This document shows positions 45,488 to 54,512 of a stretch of 54,512 nt of DNA, piece by piece (position 1 is the stretch's first letter; the number at the start of each line of letters is the position of its first letter). The notes under the pieces were generated by a model that did not search any database, was not told where the DNA came from, and worked only from the letters and a program-made list of their open reading frames with translations. Source of the stretch: a virus (lineage: Duplodnaviria > Heunggongvirae > Uroviricota > Caudoviricetes); IMG/VR virus record IMGVR_UViG_2529293142_000033; one strand, written 5' to 3'. A program made the translations under genes and the position numbers.

Positions 45488-46027
45488 ATGATAAACATCA
45501 AAAATTTCACGCCATACATCCCGGAAAACCCGCCCGTGGCGTGGGCGTCATATCTCATCAGCGAGGATGGTCAGGACTGGTATGAATGCCAGACGCAGTT
45601 TGCAGAGGATACATACAAAGTTGCGTACGGCAGTGACGGTATCGTGCGCAGCATTTCGACCGATGTGTCGGCACTTTTTCCGCTCAACATGAGTGTTGCT
45701 GAGGTTGAGTCGCTGCCGGACGGTGCGGATATTGACGGCAACTGGGTATTAGACGGGGAGAGTGTGGTTGCGCGGACGCTGACGGCAGCGGAGTGGCAGG
45801 CAAAGGCGGAATCACAACGAAGCGCGCTGATATCGGATGCGAAGGCGACAATCAGCCTCTGGCAGTCAGAGCTTCTGCTGGGCATCATCAGTGATGACGA
45901 CAAAGAGAGTCTGACGGAATGGCTGTCTTACATAAAGGCGCTTCAGGGGCTGGATTTAAGTGGTGTGACAGATGAGGAGGGTTACAACGCGACAGTCTGG
46001 CCGGATGAACCGGGAGCCACAGCATAA
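45488..46027 (+). CDS. tail fibre assembly protein (Tfa)
   Basis: aaggagag RBS; about 180 aa; follows fibre gene as in P2/Mu. Confidence 0.65.
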   Translation: MINIKNFTPYIPENPPVAWASYLISEDGQDWYECQTQFAEDTYKVAYGSDGIVRSISTDVSALFPLNMSVAEVESLPDGADIDGNWVLDGESVVARTLTAAEWQAKAESQRSALISDAKATISLWQSELLLGIISDDDKESLTEWLSYIKALQGLDLSGVTDEEGYNATVWPDEPGATA

Positions 46028-46080
46028 AAGCCGCTGAGAAGCGGTTTTTTTAACAAAAAAAGCGGCACATAAAGTGCCGC
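46028..46080. terminator. pair of hairpins with T-runs (bidirectional terminator)
   Basis: aagccgctgagaagcgg+T8 on plus strand, then gcggcacataaagtgccgc whose complement is followed by T-run on minus strand. Confidence 0.65.
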
Positions 46081-46526
46081 AAACGCATTGTTTGTGAGTT
46101 TTAGGCCTTATACCTTTGACGCCTTTCATTCAACAGAAAAAGAATTTCTTTGTCAATTTTATATTATATGTTGTGTTGCTTTTTGTTGTTTTTTTGATTT
46201 TTATTTTTATATTATTGCACGTTTTTGATTAAAACTTTGCTGGATGTTTGTGCGCGTTATAGAAAGCTGAAGATGAATAAATGTTTTCTTTAAAAGAAAA
46301 ACCGGCACGGTTGATGCCGGTTATATCAAGGAGTGATATAAAATGGGATGAAAGGATTGGAAAAAAGAACTTAATCAAAAGGCATCGTAGGATCAAGCGA
46401 ATATGCAAATATCGTTGTTTTTTATTGAATTACTATATTTTTGTAACGATTGATGGTCCATGGTTCGAGAGTGCATTGTCCTTCGGTGAAAGAAAAATCC
46501 GAAACATTGATCCTACCCACGTAATG

Positions 46527-46709
46527 TGGACACGGCCCTAAGCGAGATTATGGTTTTCAAATTGTTCCGGGCTGAGACCGCCACAGGCACTGTGACGACG
46601 CCAGCGATTGTAATCACACTCGATATAATTAAACACCGTTGCCCGCATTATTTCCCGGCTGCTAAAGCGTTCCCCGTGGATACATTCCACCTTCAGCGAA
46701 TGAAAGAAG
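46527..46709 (-). pseudogene. IS3-family transposase orfB, 3' fragment
   Basis: minus-strand translation ..[58 protein letters not shown] is a typical IS3-family OrfB C-terminus. Confidence 0.8.
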
Positions 46710-46907
46710 CTTTCTGCGTATTTTCATGAAAGGAGATCACTCAATAACTTCCATCGAGATCGGGTAATAACATTTGAACAGATCGCTGAATAACATCGAT
46801 GGAGATCACTTTTGACTCATTTTGTTATTCAGTGATCTCCATCAATGTTATTGGAACTTCACAGGTGTGTTGATCTGTATCTTTTGCCATTCCGGTAAAG
46901 GATACCT

Positions 46908-48449
46908 ATGCCAACAGTTCCAATTTCTATGAGAAAACTTAAAGAAATTCTTAGGCTTAAATACGGTGTTGGACTCAGCCATCGACAAATTGGTCGTAGT
47001 CTTGCAATCTCCCCTTCCGTTGTATCCAGATATGCTAATCGGGCGGCTCAACTTGGCATAAAGCAGTGGCCCTTACCTACAGGATGGGATGATACAAAAC
47101 TAAAACATGCGTTCCTTCAGACCCAGGTTAAGATGAAGAAGCACTCTCTGCCTGACTGGGCTACAGTACACCGGGAACTGCGTAATAAATGCGTGACGCT
47201 GCAGCTACTCTGGGAAGAATACTGTGAGCGTAATCCAGGCGGTTTTTACAGCTATAACCATTACTGCCGGATGTACCGTGAATGGCTCAAAACCACTTCA
47301 CCATCAATGCGTCAGGTACATAAAGCTGGCGAAAAACTTTTCGTTGATTACTGTGGACCTACCGTTGGCGTTACCGACCCTGAGACCGGAGAAATAAGAA
47401 CTGCTCAGGTCATCGTAGCTGTTCTCGGGGCATCAAGTTACACATGGGCAGAGGCCACCTGGTCTCAGCAGCTTGAAGACTGGGTGATGAGTCATGTTCG
47501 CTGCTTCCAGTGGTTGGGTGGCGTTCCTGAACTTGTTGTTCCGGACAATCTGAAAAGCGCCACATCCAGGGCATGTAAGTATGATCCTGACGTTAACCCT
47601 ACCTACCAGCAGATGCTTGAGCATTATAATGTCGCAGTTTTGCCTGCGCGGCCACGTAAACCGAAAGATAAAGCCAAAGCTGAAGTTGGCGTTCAGGTTG
47701 TTGAACGCTGGATCATGGCCCGAATCAGGCATGAGATCTTCTACAGCCTTGCATCGCTTAATCAGCGCATTCGGGAGTTGCTGGAAAGACTGAATAACAA
47801 AATAATGCAGAAGTTGGGTTATTCACGTGCAGAACTCTTCATCCAGCTTGATAAACCCGCACTGAAGCCTCTTCCTGAAGCCAGTTACAGTTACACCCTG
47901 GTGAAGAAAGTCAGAGTTCATGCCGATTACCACGTGGAAATCGACAAACATTACTACTCGGTTCCATGTTCGCTGTTAGGCCAGCAACTGGAAGCATGGA
48001 TCTCCGGAGAACTGGTAAGACTCTTCAATCAGGGGCAGGAGGTTGCTGTGCACCCGCGCAAGCGTACTTATGGCTACAGTACCCGCAACGAGCACATGCC
48101 TGAAGCTCATCGACAGCATGCCACCTGGACGCCAGAGCGTCTTCTGGAATGGGCGGGGCACATAGGCAGTGAAACTCATAGTTATGTGCTTCATATACTG
48201 AACTCTCGTCCACATCCGGAACAAAGCTATCGCTTCTGCCTTGGACTCCTGAACCTTCATAAAAAATACAGTAAAGCCAGACTTAATGCAGCATGTGCAA
48301 GAGCTCTGAAAACAAAGGTATGGCGTCTGTCAGGTATTAAATCGATCCTGGAAAAAGGTCTGGATAAACAACCTGTTCAGGATCCAAAACCAGATCTGTT
48401 ATCCACGATGGAACACGAAAACGTACGCGGCAGTGAGTATTACCACTGA
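46908..48449 (+). CDS. istA: IS21-family transposase IstA
   Basis: 513 aa with N-terminal HTH and DDE integrase-like core; followed by istB. Confidence 0.85.
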   Translation: MPTVPISMRKLKEILRLKYGVGLSHRQIGRSLAISPSVVSRYANRAAQLGIKQWPLPTGWDDTKLKHAFLQTQVKMKKHSLPDWATVHRELRNKCVTLQLLWEEYCERNPGGFYSYNHYCRMYREWLKTTSPSMRQVHKAGEKLFVDYCGPTVGVTDPETGEIRTAQVIVAVLGASSYTWAEATWSQQLEDWVMSHVRCFQWLGGVPELVVPDNLKSATSRACKYDPDVNPTYQQMLEHYNVAVLPARPRKPKDKAKAEVGVQVVERWIMARIRHEIFYSLASLNQRIRELLERLNNKIMQKLGYSRAELFIQLDKPALKPLPEASYSYTLVKKVRVHADYHVEIDKHYYSVPCSLLGQQLEAWISGELVRLFNQGQEVAVHPRKRTYGYSTRNEHMPEAHRQHATWTPERLLEWAGHIGSETHSYVLHILNSRPHPEQSYRFCLGLLNLHKKYSKARLNAACARALKTKVWRLSGIKSILEKGLDKQPVQDPKPDLLSTMEHENVRGSEYYH

Positions 48450-48460
48450 TACGGGATCCA

Positions 48461-49210
48461 ATGATGAATCATCTTTACGAACAACTGACCGCACTTAAAC
48501 TCACCGGCTTCCGTGATGCGCTTAAAAAGCAACTTGCTCAGCCGGGCACATACCAGGAGCTGGGCTTCGAAGAACGCCTGTCATTACTGACAGCAGAAGA
48601 ACTAACCTGCCGTGAAAACAGGAAGGCAGAGCGTCTGATCAAACATGCACGGTTCAGACTTAATGCTGAGTTATCAAAGCTGGATTATCGTAACAATAGA
48701 GGGCTGGACAGGGCCCTCATCCGTTCACTCAGTCAGGGAAACTGGTTAACCCTGAAACAAAATATTTTACTGACCGGGGCCACCGGCAGCGGTAAAACGT
48801 TCCTGGCATGTGCACTTGGTCATAATGCCTGCCGACAGGGATACAAGGTCTACTATTATCGCCTTAAAGCGCTGATGGAACAGTGCTATCAGGGGCATGC
48901 TGATGGAAGATACAGCAAACTTTTGACCAGGCTGAATAATAGCGATCTGCTGCTTCTGGATGACTGGGGGCTGGAACCTCTCTCATCAGAACAGCGTAGC
49001 GACCTGCTGGAAATAGTGGATCTGATGTACCAACGAGGCTCAATCATCGTAGTGAGCCAGTTGCCGGTGGAAAACTGGTACAAAATGATCGGAGACTCCA
49101 CACATGCGGATGCCATCCTAGATCGACTGGTTCATGGCAGTATCAAGATCGAACTTAAAGGAGAATCAATGCGGAAAATACAATCTCCGTTGACCGAAGG
49201 AGATCAGTGA
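48461..49210 (+). CDS. istB: IS21-family ATP-binding helper IstB
   Basis: 249 aa with Walker A LLTGATGSGKTF and Walker B LLLLDDWG. Confidence 0.85.
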   Translation: MMNHLYEQLTALKLTGFRDALKKQLAQPGTYQELGFEERLSLLTAEELTCRENRKAERLIKHARFRLNAELSKLDYRNNRGLDRALIRSLSQGNWLTLKQNILLTGATGSGKTFLACALGHNACRQGYKVYYYRLKALMEQCYQGHADGRYSKLLTRLNNSDLLLLDDWGLEPLSSEQRSDLLEIVDLMYQRGSIIVVSQLPVENWYKMIGDSTHADAILDRLVHGSIKIELKGESMRKIQSPLTEGDQ

Positions 49211-49267
49211 AGGTAATTTAAAAACGGTTCTGTGAAAGTGACACGAACCGATCTCCATCGATGTTAC

Positions 49268-49978
49268 TCACCGATCTCCTTCACGGTAATACGCACTTTC
49301 CACACAGGCATTGTCATAACAGTAGCCTTTCGCACTCATACTGCCACGCAGGTTGTGTCGCTTCAGCAGCGCCTGATAATCCCCTGAACAGTATTGACCA
49401 CCACGGTCCGTATGAACAATGACGCTTTCCGGGCGTCTTCTCCGCCACAACGCCATTTGCAGTGCATCACAGGCCAGTTGTACTGTCATTCGCGGTGACA
49501 TCGACCAGCCAATGACGGCGCGTGACCACAGGTCGATGACTACTGCGAGATACAACCAGCCCTCATCGGTACGCAAGTATGTGATGTCACCCGCCCACTT
49601 CTGGTTCGGGCCACTGGCGCTGAAGTCCTGCTCCAGCAGATTCTCCAATACGGGCAGGCCATGTGCACGGTAGCTGACCGGGCTGAACTTCCGGCTGGCT
49701 TTCGCCTGCAGCCCCTGACGACGTAGGCTGGCGGCAATGGTTTTAATATTGAACTCCGGCAGTTCGTCAGCAAGGCGGGGAGCACCGTATCGCTGCTTTG
49801 CCTCAAAGAATGCCTTATGGACAGCGGCATCGCAGGTGAGCCGAAACTGTTGGCGCAGGCTCATCTGGTGACGACGCCTGAGCCAGACATACCAGCCGCT
49901 GCGGGCAACCCGAAGTACACGACACATCACTTTGATGCTGAACTCTGCCCGATGATTTTCGATGAAGACATACTTCAT
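49268..49978 (-). pseudogene. IS3-family transposase orfB, 5' part (truncated by IS21 insertion; last codons read into IS21 end)
   Basis: ..[46 protein letters not shown] then unrelated tail; matches IS3-family OrfB. Confidence 0.8.
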
Positions 49979-50199
49979 TTCAGGCGGACATTTTCAGCGG
50001 CCAGTTCGCTTTCGCGCTCTGACGAACTCATTTGTTGCTGCTGTTTACTGCGCCAGGTATAAAGCTGAGATTCATACAGGCTGAGTTCACGGGCTGCGGC
50101 GGCCACACCGATGCGTTCAGTGAGTTTCAGGGCTTCGTTACGAAATTCAGGCGTATGTTGTTTACGGGGCTTCTTGCTGATTGATACTGGTTTTGTCAT
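49975..50199 (-). CDS. IS3-family transposase orfA
   Basis: 74-aa HTH protein overlapping orfB start, typical orfA/orfB frameshift arrangement. Confidence 0.7.
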   Translation of the reverse strand: MTKPVSISKKPRKQHTPEFRNEALKLTERIGVAAAARELSLYESQLYTWRSKQQQQMSSSERESELAAENVRLK

Positions 50200-50299
50200 G
50201 AGTCACCTCTGGTTGAGAGTTTACTCACTTAGTCCTGTGTCCACTATTGGTGGGTAAGATCATTCTGATATCAGTCCAAAGCAAATGCATCAGTGTAAT

Positions 50300-51130
50300 T
50301 CAGAGAATGATTTTGGGATATGTAATGAAGTAATGCTTAAACTTTTTTGGAGTTATTCCAAAATATTCCCTAAATTTTTTTATGAAGTATGATGGACTCG
50401 ACATTCCTACTTCCGATGATATCTGAGATATCTGGAGATTGTTTTCGATTATAAGATCCATAGCTCTATTTAATCTTATTTGTAAAGCCATTCCGCTGAT
50501 GGTCAAATTTTCTTTTGCAAGTCGTTTTCTTACTGCAGACTCAGATAGGTGAAAATGCTTAGCTATATCCCGAACGCACCATTTTCTCTTTATGTTCATT
50601 TCAATAAATGCTCTTACCTTATCACTAAAGTGACTGACAGATGATGTAAGCAACGAACGAATGATGTAATCACGATCTTTGAATTTTGAGATAAAAAGTA
50701 GCGTCTTAATCAAAATTAGTTTTTCATCATTGGTAGTTGCAAGTTTTTTGAAAAAGAGTATAAGCTCATCTGTAGGCGTAAGTGTCAGTATTTTATCTCT
50801 TGATATTGCTGATTGATTAATTACCTGATGCCCTTTAAAGTAGATTTCTGCAATTACTCGTCGGAGTGTTTGTAGTTTATCCTCGTTGAATCTTATTGCC
50901 ACATATGGTTCTTTATGTTCATCATTCTTTTTCAGGTAGGCAGAAAAACAAGTTCCTTTATCAATGAAAATGAATTGGTTAAACCCGCATGTCAGTTTTT
51001 TATTTGATAGTGAGAAATTAATAGTGCAATTATTTGTATAAAGAATGATATATTTACTGGTTCTTATGTTAACGATCTTTAACTTTCTTTGTGAATGATG
51101 TTTGATGCTATTAATCATGTGTTTAGCCAT
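50300..51130 (-). CDS. AraC-family transcriptional regulator (AT-rich, horizontally acquired)
   Basis: 276 aa; C-terminal double-HTH (VRDIAKHFHLSESAVRKRLAKENLTISGMALQIRLNRAMDL..ISQISSEVGMSSPSYFIKKFREYFGITPKKF); markedly AT-rich gene. Confidence 0.8.
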   Translation of the reverse strand: MAKHMINSIKHHSQRKLKIVNIRTSKYIILYTNNCTINFSLSNKKLTCGFNQFIFIDKGTCFSAYLKKNDEHKEPYVAIRFNEDKLQTLRRVIAEIYFKGHQVINQSAISRDKILTLTPTDELILFFKKLATTNDEKLILIKTLLFISKFKDRDYIIRSLLTSSVSHFSDKVRAFIEMNIKRKWCVRDIAKHFHLSESAVRKRLAKENLTISGMALQIRLNRAMDLIIENNLQISQISSEVGMSSPSYFIKKFREYFGITPKKFKHYFITYPKIIL

Positions 51131-52026
51131 TTTTTTGGGGTGTGGTAATTATAACTATCAACTTCCTCAATGGAATATCTTGGCATTAAAAATAGGATGT
51201 TTTTATTAAATTTTGGCCGCTGTGGTTAAAGTAAAGGATGAGTTAATATCCAGTCCATCCTTAATGGGAGTGATTAGTTCACCATCAGATAAATCGTAAG
51301 TGGTGTTTTTGGGGGCTCGTCAAGCTCAAAAATGGCCGGGAGAAAATTGGATATAACTACAGGGTAGGACTTACGAAAGTGACAGAGTTGCTATAGGAAT
51401 ATAAAAACATTCATGGTGAACTGGGGTCTGAAAAGTCACATGCCCTCATTAGAAATGGTAGCATTTTAAGTGTGGGAATGAAAAACAGAAGAGCAAAAAT
51501 CATCCATAATATGTAGAATTAGATCATGTCAACCCATATTTAGTCCTTGTTCGATAGCAAGCCTCATTGACTTCGCCGTTATCACCAGATATGGCGAGTT
51601 CTTTGTAAGTGGGAGAGCTATTTTTAGATGTCGTGCAGCAGACATTTTTGCCGAGCGCTTCATCCGGAGCGATGAACCGTAGATTTTTCTGGTTGGAGCC
51701 GATCATATGTGATGCTATGGGGATATTTTTTCAGTAGGCTAGGTGGGAATTGTACCGTTAATATTATAGGCTTCTACCCAGTAAAAAGAGGCGAGGAAAC
51801 ATGCACGACAGGTGCTACACGTCATGCATAGATTGGGATTACTCATGACTAGCCACAGCTATAGGTCGTTAAGAGATTCGCAGCACGCTGTATGCAATAA
51901 CGTGCTGCGGCTGGCTGGTGAACTTTCGATAGTGCGAGTATTGAATGATTTCCAGCCGTTACCGATTTTACGTGTTTATTATTGAACAAACCACTCGTCA
52001 GCAGACTCCCTGGTATCTTTCAGAGT

Positions 52027-52227
52027 CTACTGAACAAATGTTTTTGCAGAATCCTTATCTGCGGTGCGTGTAACAGAAAGCTCATCATTGCTGGTGGCTT
52101 TTACGATCACTTCTACATCGTCATAACGCTTACTGATGCGCCGAGTTAATTCTTCCTTTAACGCATCCACAGCACTGTTTGGCATTTTAGTCATTTTCTC
52201 TTTGGCTATGCAGATATCAATACGCAT
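52027..52227 (-). CDS. DinI-like protein
   Basis: 66 aa, [26 protein letters not shown] resembles DinI. Confidence 0.6.
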   Translation of the reverse strand: MRIDICIAKEKMTKMPNSAVDALKEELTRRISKRYDDVEVIVKATSNDELSVTRTADKDSAKTFVQ

Positions 52228-52288
52228 AAAAATCCCTCCACGCTGTGTTTATATACAGTGTTATTTTTAACTGTGTAAATAAACAGTA

Positions 52289-53386
52289 TCAAGAGGTCTT
52301 GTTTCTGCTCCTTTGGAGTTCTTCAAAACGATTATGTAAAGATTTCGGATACAGTTCGGTATATACCTGCCATAGCACGTTTAATGAACGATGCCCTGTA
52401 ACCTGAGCGACTTCCTCAATACTAAAACCAGCCTCAAATAAGCGACTTGCCCCTTCCCTACGCAAATCATGGTATCGCAGATCTTTAATACCTAATTTGC
52501 TTCTTACCCTCTGAAATCCTGCGGTAACAGAAGTGCTGTTATATGGAAAAATGAATTCTGATTTTTGGGGTTGTTGCTGGACGATATCCCAGGCTTCCCC
52601 AAGCAAGGCAACTTTCATATGGTTGCCTTCCTTTTTACGTGGATCTTTCCTATCTCTTACTAGTATAGATTTTTGTTCCTGGTCGAGATCTTCCCATCGT
52701 AACCGGCATACTTCTCCAATTCGCATACAGGACCACACAGAAAATTTGAGGATATCAACGAACGGAATTTTTGAGCATTTATGAGTAGATCGTTGTTGAA
52801 GGCCTTCAATGAGCATGTCCAGTTCATCAGATGCTGGTCTACGATTACGACGGTTTGATTTACCAATCAAACCGAGTTTAAGTAGATATGGACGAGCGCT
52901 TTTCGCCGGGTTTGATGTGTAATTGATTCCGTATACAGGTTTTGCCGCATCCAGAACACTGCCAAGATAACTAACATCGTGGCTGACTGTTGCTGGGCCT
53001 GCACCAGCGTTGTTTCTTAGCCTGCAATGTTCAATTACGTCATTTTCTGTCAGTTCAGATAGTTTGATCGCGGAGATGTCGCTATCCATAAGCAGTTCCA
53101 GCACATATCTTTTAGTACGGCCTGCTTTACCTCCGGCATTTGGGTCATTTAAATATTTGTGTAGTAAGTCACGGACTGTAAGTCCGTCAACAGCATTTGA
53201 TGATGGAATGCCATATAGATCTAATTCCATCACTTTCTGTGCGCCCCATGTTTTGGCATGAGCATGTTTAGGGAATGTTTTGCTTTCCCTGTAAGTGATA
53301 ACACCTTTTTCTTTGATAATCACATTACAGCGATAGCGTGGTGTGCCATCGGATTTTAGTCGTTTCTCTATGTTATAGTACGCCAT
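52289..53386 (-). CDS. tyrosine-type site-specific integrase (dusA-associated)
   Basis: 365 aa, C-terminal catalytic region with conserved R..H..R..Y pattern (..DLRYHDLRREGASRLFEAGF..VAQVTGHRSLNVLWQVYTELYP); immediately adjacent and divergent to dusA. Confidence 0.9.
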   Translation of the reverse strand: MAYYNIEKRLKSDGTPRYRCNVIIKEKGVITYRESKTFPKHAHAKTWGAQKVMELDLYGIPSSNAVDGLTVRDLLHKYLNDPNAGGKAGRTKRYVLELLMDSDISAIKLSELTENDVIEHCRLRNNAGAGPATVSHDVSYLGSVLDAAKPVYGINYTSNPAKSARPYLLKLGLIGKSNRRNRRPASDELDMLIEGLQQRSTHKCSKIPFVDILKFSVWSCMRIGEVCRLRWEDLDQEQKSILVRDRKDPRKKEGNHMKVALLGEAWDIVQQQPQKSEFIFPYNSTSVTAGFQRVRSKLGIKDLRYHDLRREGASRLFEAGFSIEEVAQVTGHRSLNVLWQVYTELYPKSLHNRFEELQRSRNKTS

Positions 53387-53474
53387 TACACGACCTCGTT
53401 ATTTCGGGTTCCCATAAAACGTGGGAACCTATGCGGGAACCTAATGCGAGAAAAATAGCCTGAAATGTTCAAAA

Positions 53475-54512
53475 ATGCACGATAATCATGAAACACAAAA
53501 AATTAATCAAACCAGCGTGATGCCGGAAAAAACTGGTGTTTACTGGAATTCTCGGTTTAGCATTGCTCCTATGCTCGACTGGACGGACAGACATTGCCGC
53601 TATTTCTTGCGTCTGCTTTCCCGCAATACGTTGCTGTATACCGAAATGGTGACCACAGGGGCGATTATTCACGGTAAAGGTGATTATCTGGCGTACAGTG
53701 AAGAAGAACATCCGGTAGCGTTGCAACTGGGCGGTAGCGATCCGGCGGCGCTGGCGCAGTGTGCAAAGCTGGCAGAAGCGCGCGGATATGATGAGATCAA
53801 CCTGAATGTCGGCTGCCCGTCTGACCGGGTGCAGAACGGCATGTTTGGTGCGTGTCTGATGGGTAATGCGCAGCTGGTTGCCGACTGTGTGAAAGCGATG
53901 CGCGATGTGGTGTCGATTCCAGTGACGGTGAAAACGCGTATTGGCATCGATGACCAGGACAGCTATGAATTTCTCTGCGATTTCATCAACACTGTTTCCG
54001 GCAAAGGCGAGTGTGAGATGTTTATCATCCACGCACGTAAAGCCTGGCTTTCGGGGTTAAGCCCGAAAGAAAACCGTGAAATCCCGCCGCTCGATTATCC
54101 GCGTGTGTATCAACTGAAGCGTGACTTTCCGCATCTGACAATGTCGATTAACGGTGGTATCAAGTCGCTGGAAGAGGCCAAAGCACACCTGCAACATATG
54201 GATGGCGTGATGGTCGGGCGCGAGGCGTATCAGAATCCGGGTATTCTGGCGGCAGTAGACCGGGAGATCTTTGGTTCCTCGGATACCGATGCCGATCCGG
54301 TGGCGGTAGTGCGCGCCATGTATCCGTACATTGAGCGTGAACTCAGCCAGGGGACGTATCTCGGCCATATTACCCGGCATATGTTGGGCTTGTTCCAGGG
54401 TATTCCTGGCGCGCGGCAGTGGCGGCGTTATTTAAGTGAAAATGCCCATAAAGCGGGTGCAGACATTAATGTGCTGGAACACGCGCTCAAACTGGTGGCG
54501 GATAAGCGTTAA
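53475..54512 (+). CDS. dusA: tRNA-dihydrouridine synthase A, full length with diverged 5' end
   Basis: 345 aa; body matches DusA; first ~34 codons differ from the displaced host fragment at 1071-1174. Confidence 0.9.
   Translation: MHDNHETQKINQTSVMPEKTGVYWNSRFSIAPMLDWTDRHCRYFLRLLSRNTLLYTEMVTTGAIIHGKGDYLAYSEEEHPVALQLGGSDPAALAQCAKLAEARGYDEINLNVGCPSDRVQNGMFGACLMGNAQLVADCVKAMRDVVSIPVTVKTRIGIDDQDSYEFLCDFINTVSGKGECEMFIIHARKAWLSGLSPKENREIPPLDYPRVYQLKRDFPHLTMSINGGIKSLEEAKAHLQHMDGVMVGREAYQNPGILAAVDREIFGSSDTDADPVAVVRAMYPYIERELSQGTYLGHITRHMLGLFQGIPGARQWRRYLSENAHKAGADINVLEHALKLVADKR

Larger units (their letters stand above)
46715..49295 (+). mobile_element. IS21-family insertion sequence (istA-istB), 2581 bp, flanked by 5-bp target duplication CTTTC
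   Basis: imperfect terminal inverted repeats TGCGTATT..GGAGATC at both ends; CTTTC at 46710-46714 and 49296-49300. Confidence 0.8.
46508..50262 (-). mobile_element. IS3-family insertion sequence (about 1.17 kb of own sequence) disrupted by a nested IS21-family element
   Basis: terminal inverted repeats TGATC(C/T)TACCCAC at 46508-46520 and 50250-50262; orfA and orfB on minus strand; orfB split by the IS21-family insertion. Confidence 0.75.

Noticed and set aside
46028-46507. Looked for a Gin/Cin-type invertase and invertible tail-fibre segment downstream of tfa
   Set aside because: No serine-recombinase ORF or inverted fibre C-terminal cassettes found; region is AT-rich and interrupted by the IS3/IS21 elements.

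Overview
The window is an E. coli-type chromosomal segment: a host gene (yjbM-like, 1-708) followed by a ~52.4 kb temperate prophage inserted in the 5' end of dusA. The displaced host dusA 5' fragment sits at 1071-1193; a tyrosine integrase (52289-53386, minus) and a full-length dusA with a diverged, apparently phage-supplied 5' end (53475-54512) sit at the right end. The prophage is a mosaic. (1) Lambdoid early region: leftward operon with PrtN-like regulator, 3'-5' exonuclease, HD hydrolase and DUF2303 protein; a CI-like repressor / Cro-like / CII-like switch; two Rha-family antirepressors; an O-like initiator with internal iterons; Dam methyltransferase; LexA-DNA-binding-domain protein; RusA; KilA-N protein; Q antiterminator followed by four tRNAs (Ile2-CAU, Arg-UCU, Thr-UGU, Gly-UCC). 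(2) Lysis cassette: holin, lambda R-like transglycosylase, overlapped spanins. (3) Lambda-like head module: cos-like repeats, Nu1-like and gpA-like terminase, W, portal, S49 protease, acidic scaffold, decoration protein, major capsid protein E. (4) Mu-like contractile tail module: sheath, tube, two-frame chaperone, tape measure with lytic transglycosylase domain, N-like, P-like, gp45-48-like baseplate proteins, tail fibre and assembly chaperone. The right arm carries an IS21-family element nested inside an IS3-family element, an AT-rich AraC-family regulator and a DinI-like gene. Three apparent lesions are visible: a -1 frameshift in the repressor (T6/A6 tract), a -1 frameshift in the small terminase (A8 tract) and an in-frame TAG in the baseplate hub gene; these may be real decay or homopolymer/base-call errors. 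Candidate accessory loci without assigned function are listed in the findings: a glycosyltransferase-like gene pair before the holin, a membrane protein at the stx-equivalent slot, a reverse-oriented orphan gene, att-proximal cargo, an AT-rich moron beside the repressor, and a structured leader upstream of rha. No Shiga toxin, CRISPR array or rRNA was seen. All calls are from reading the sequence and ORF translations; no database search was run.
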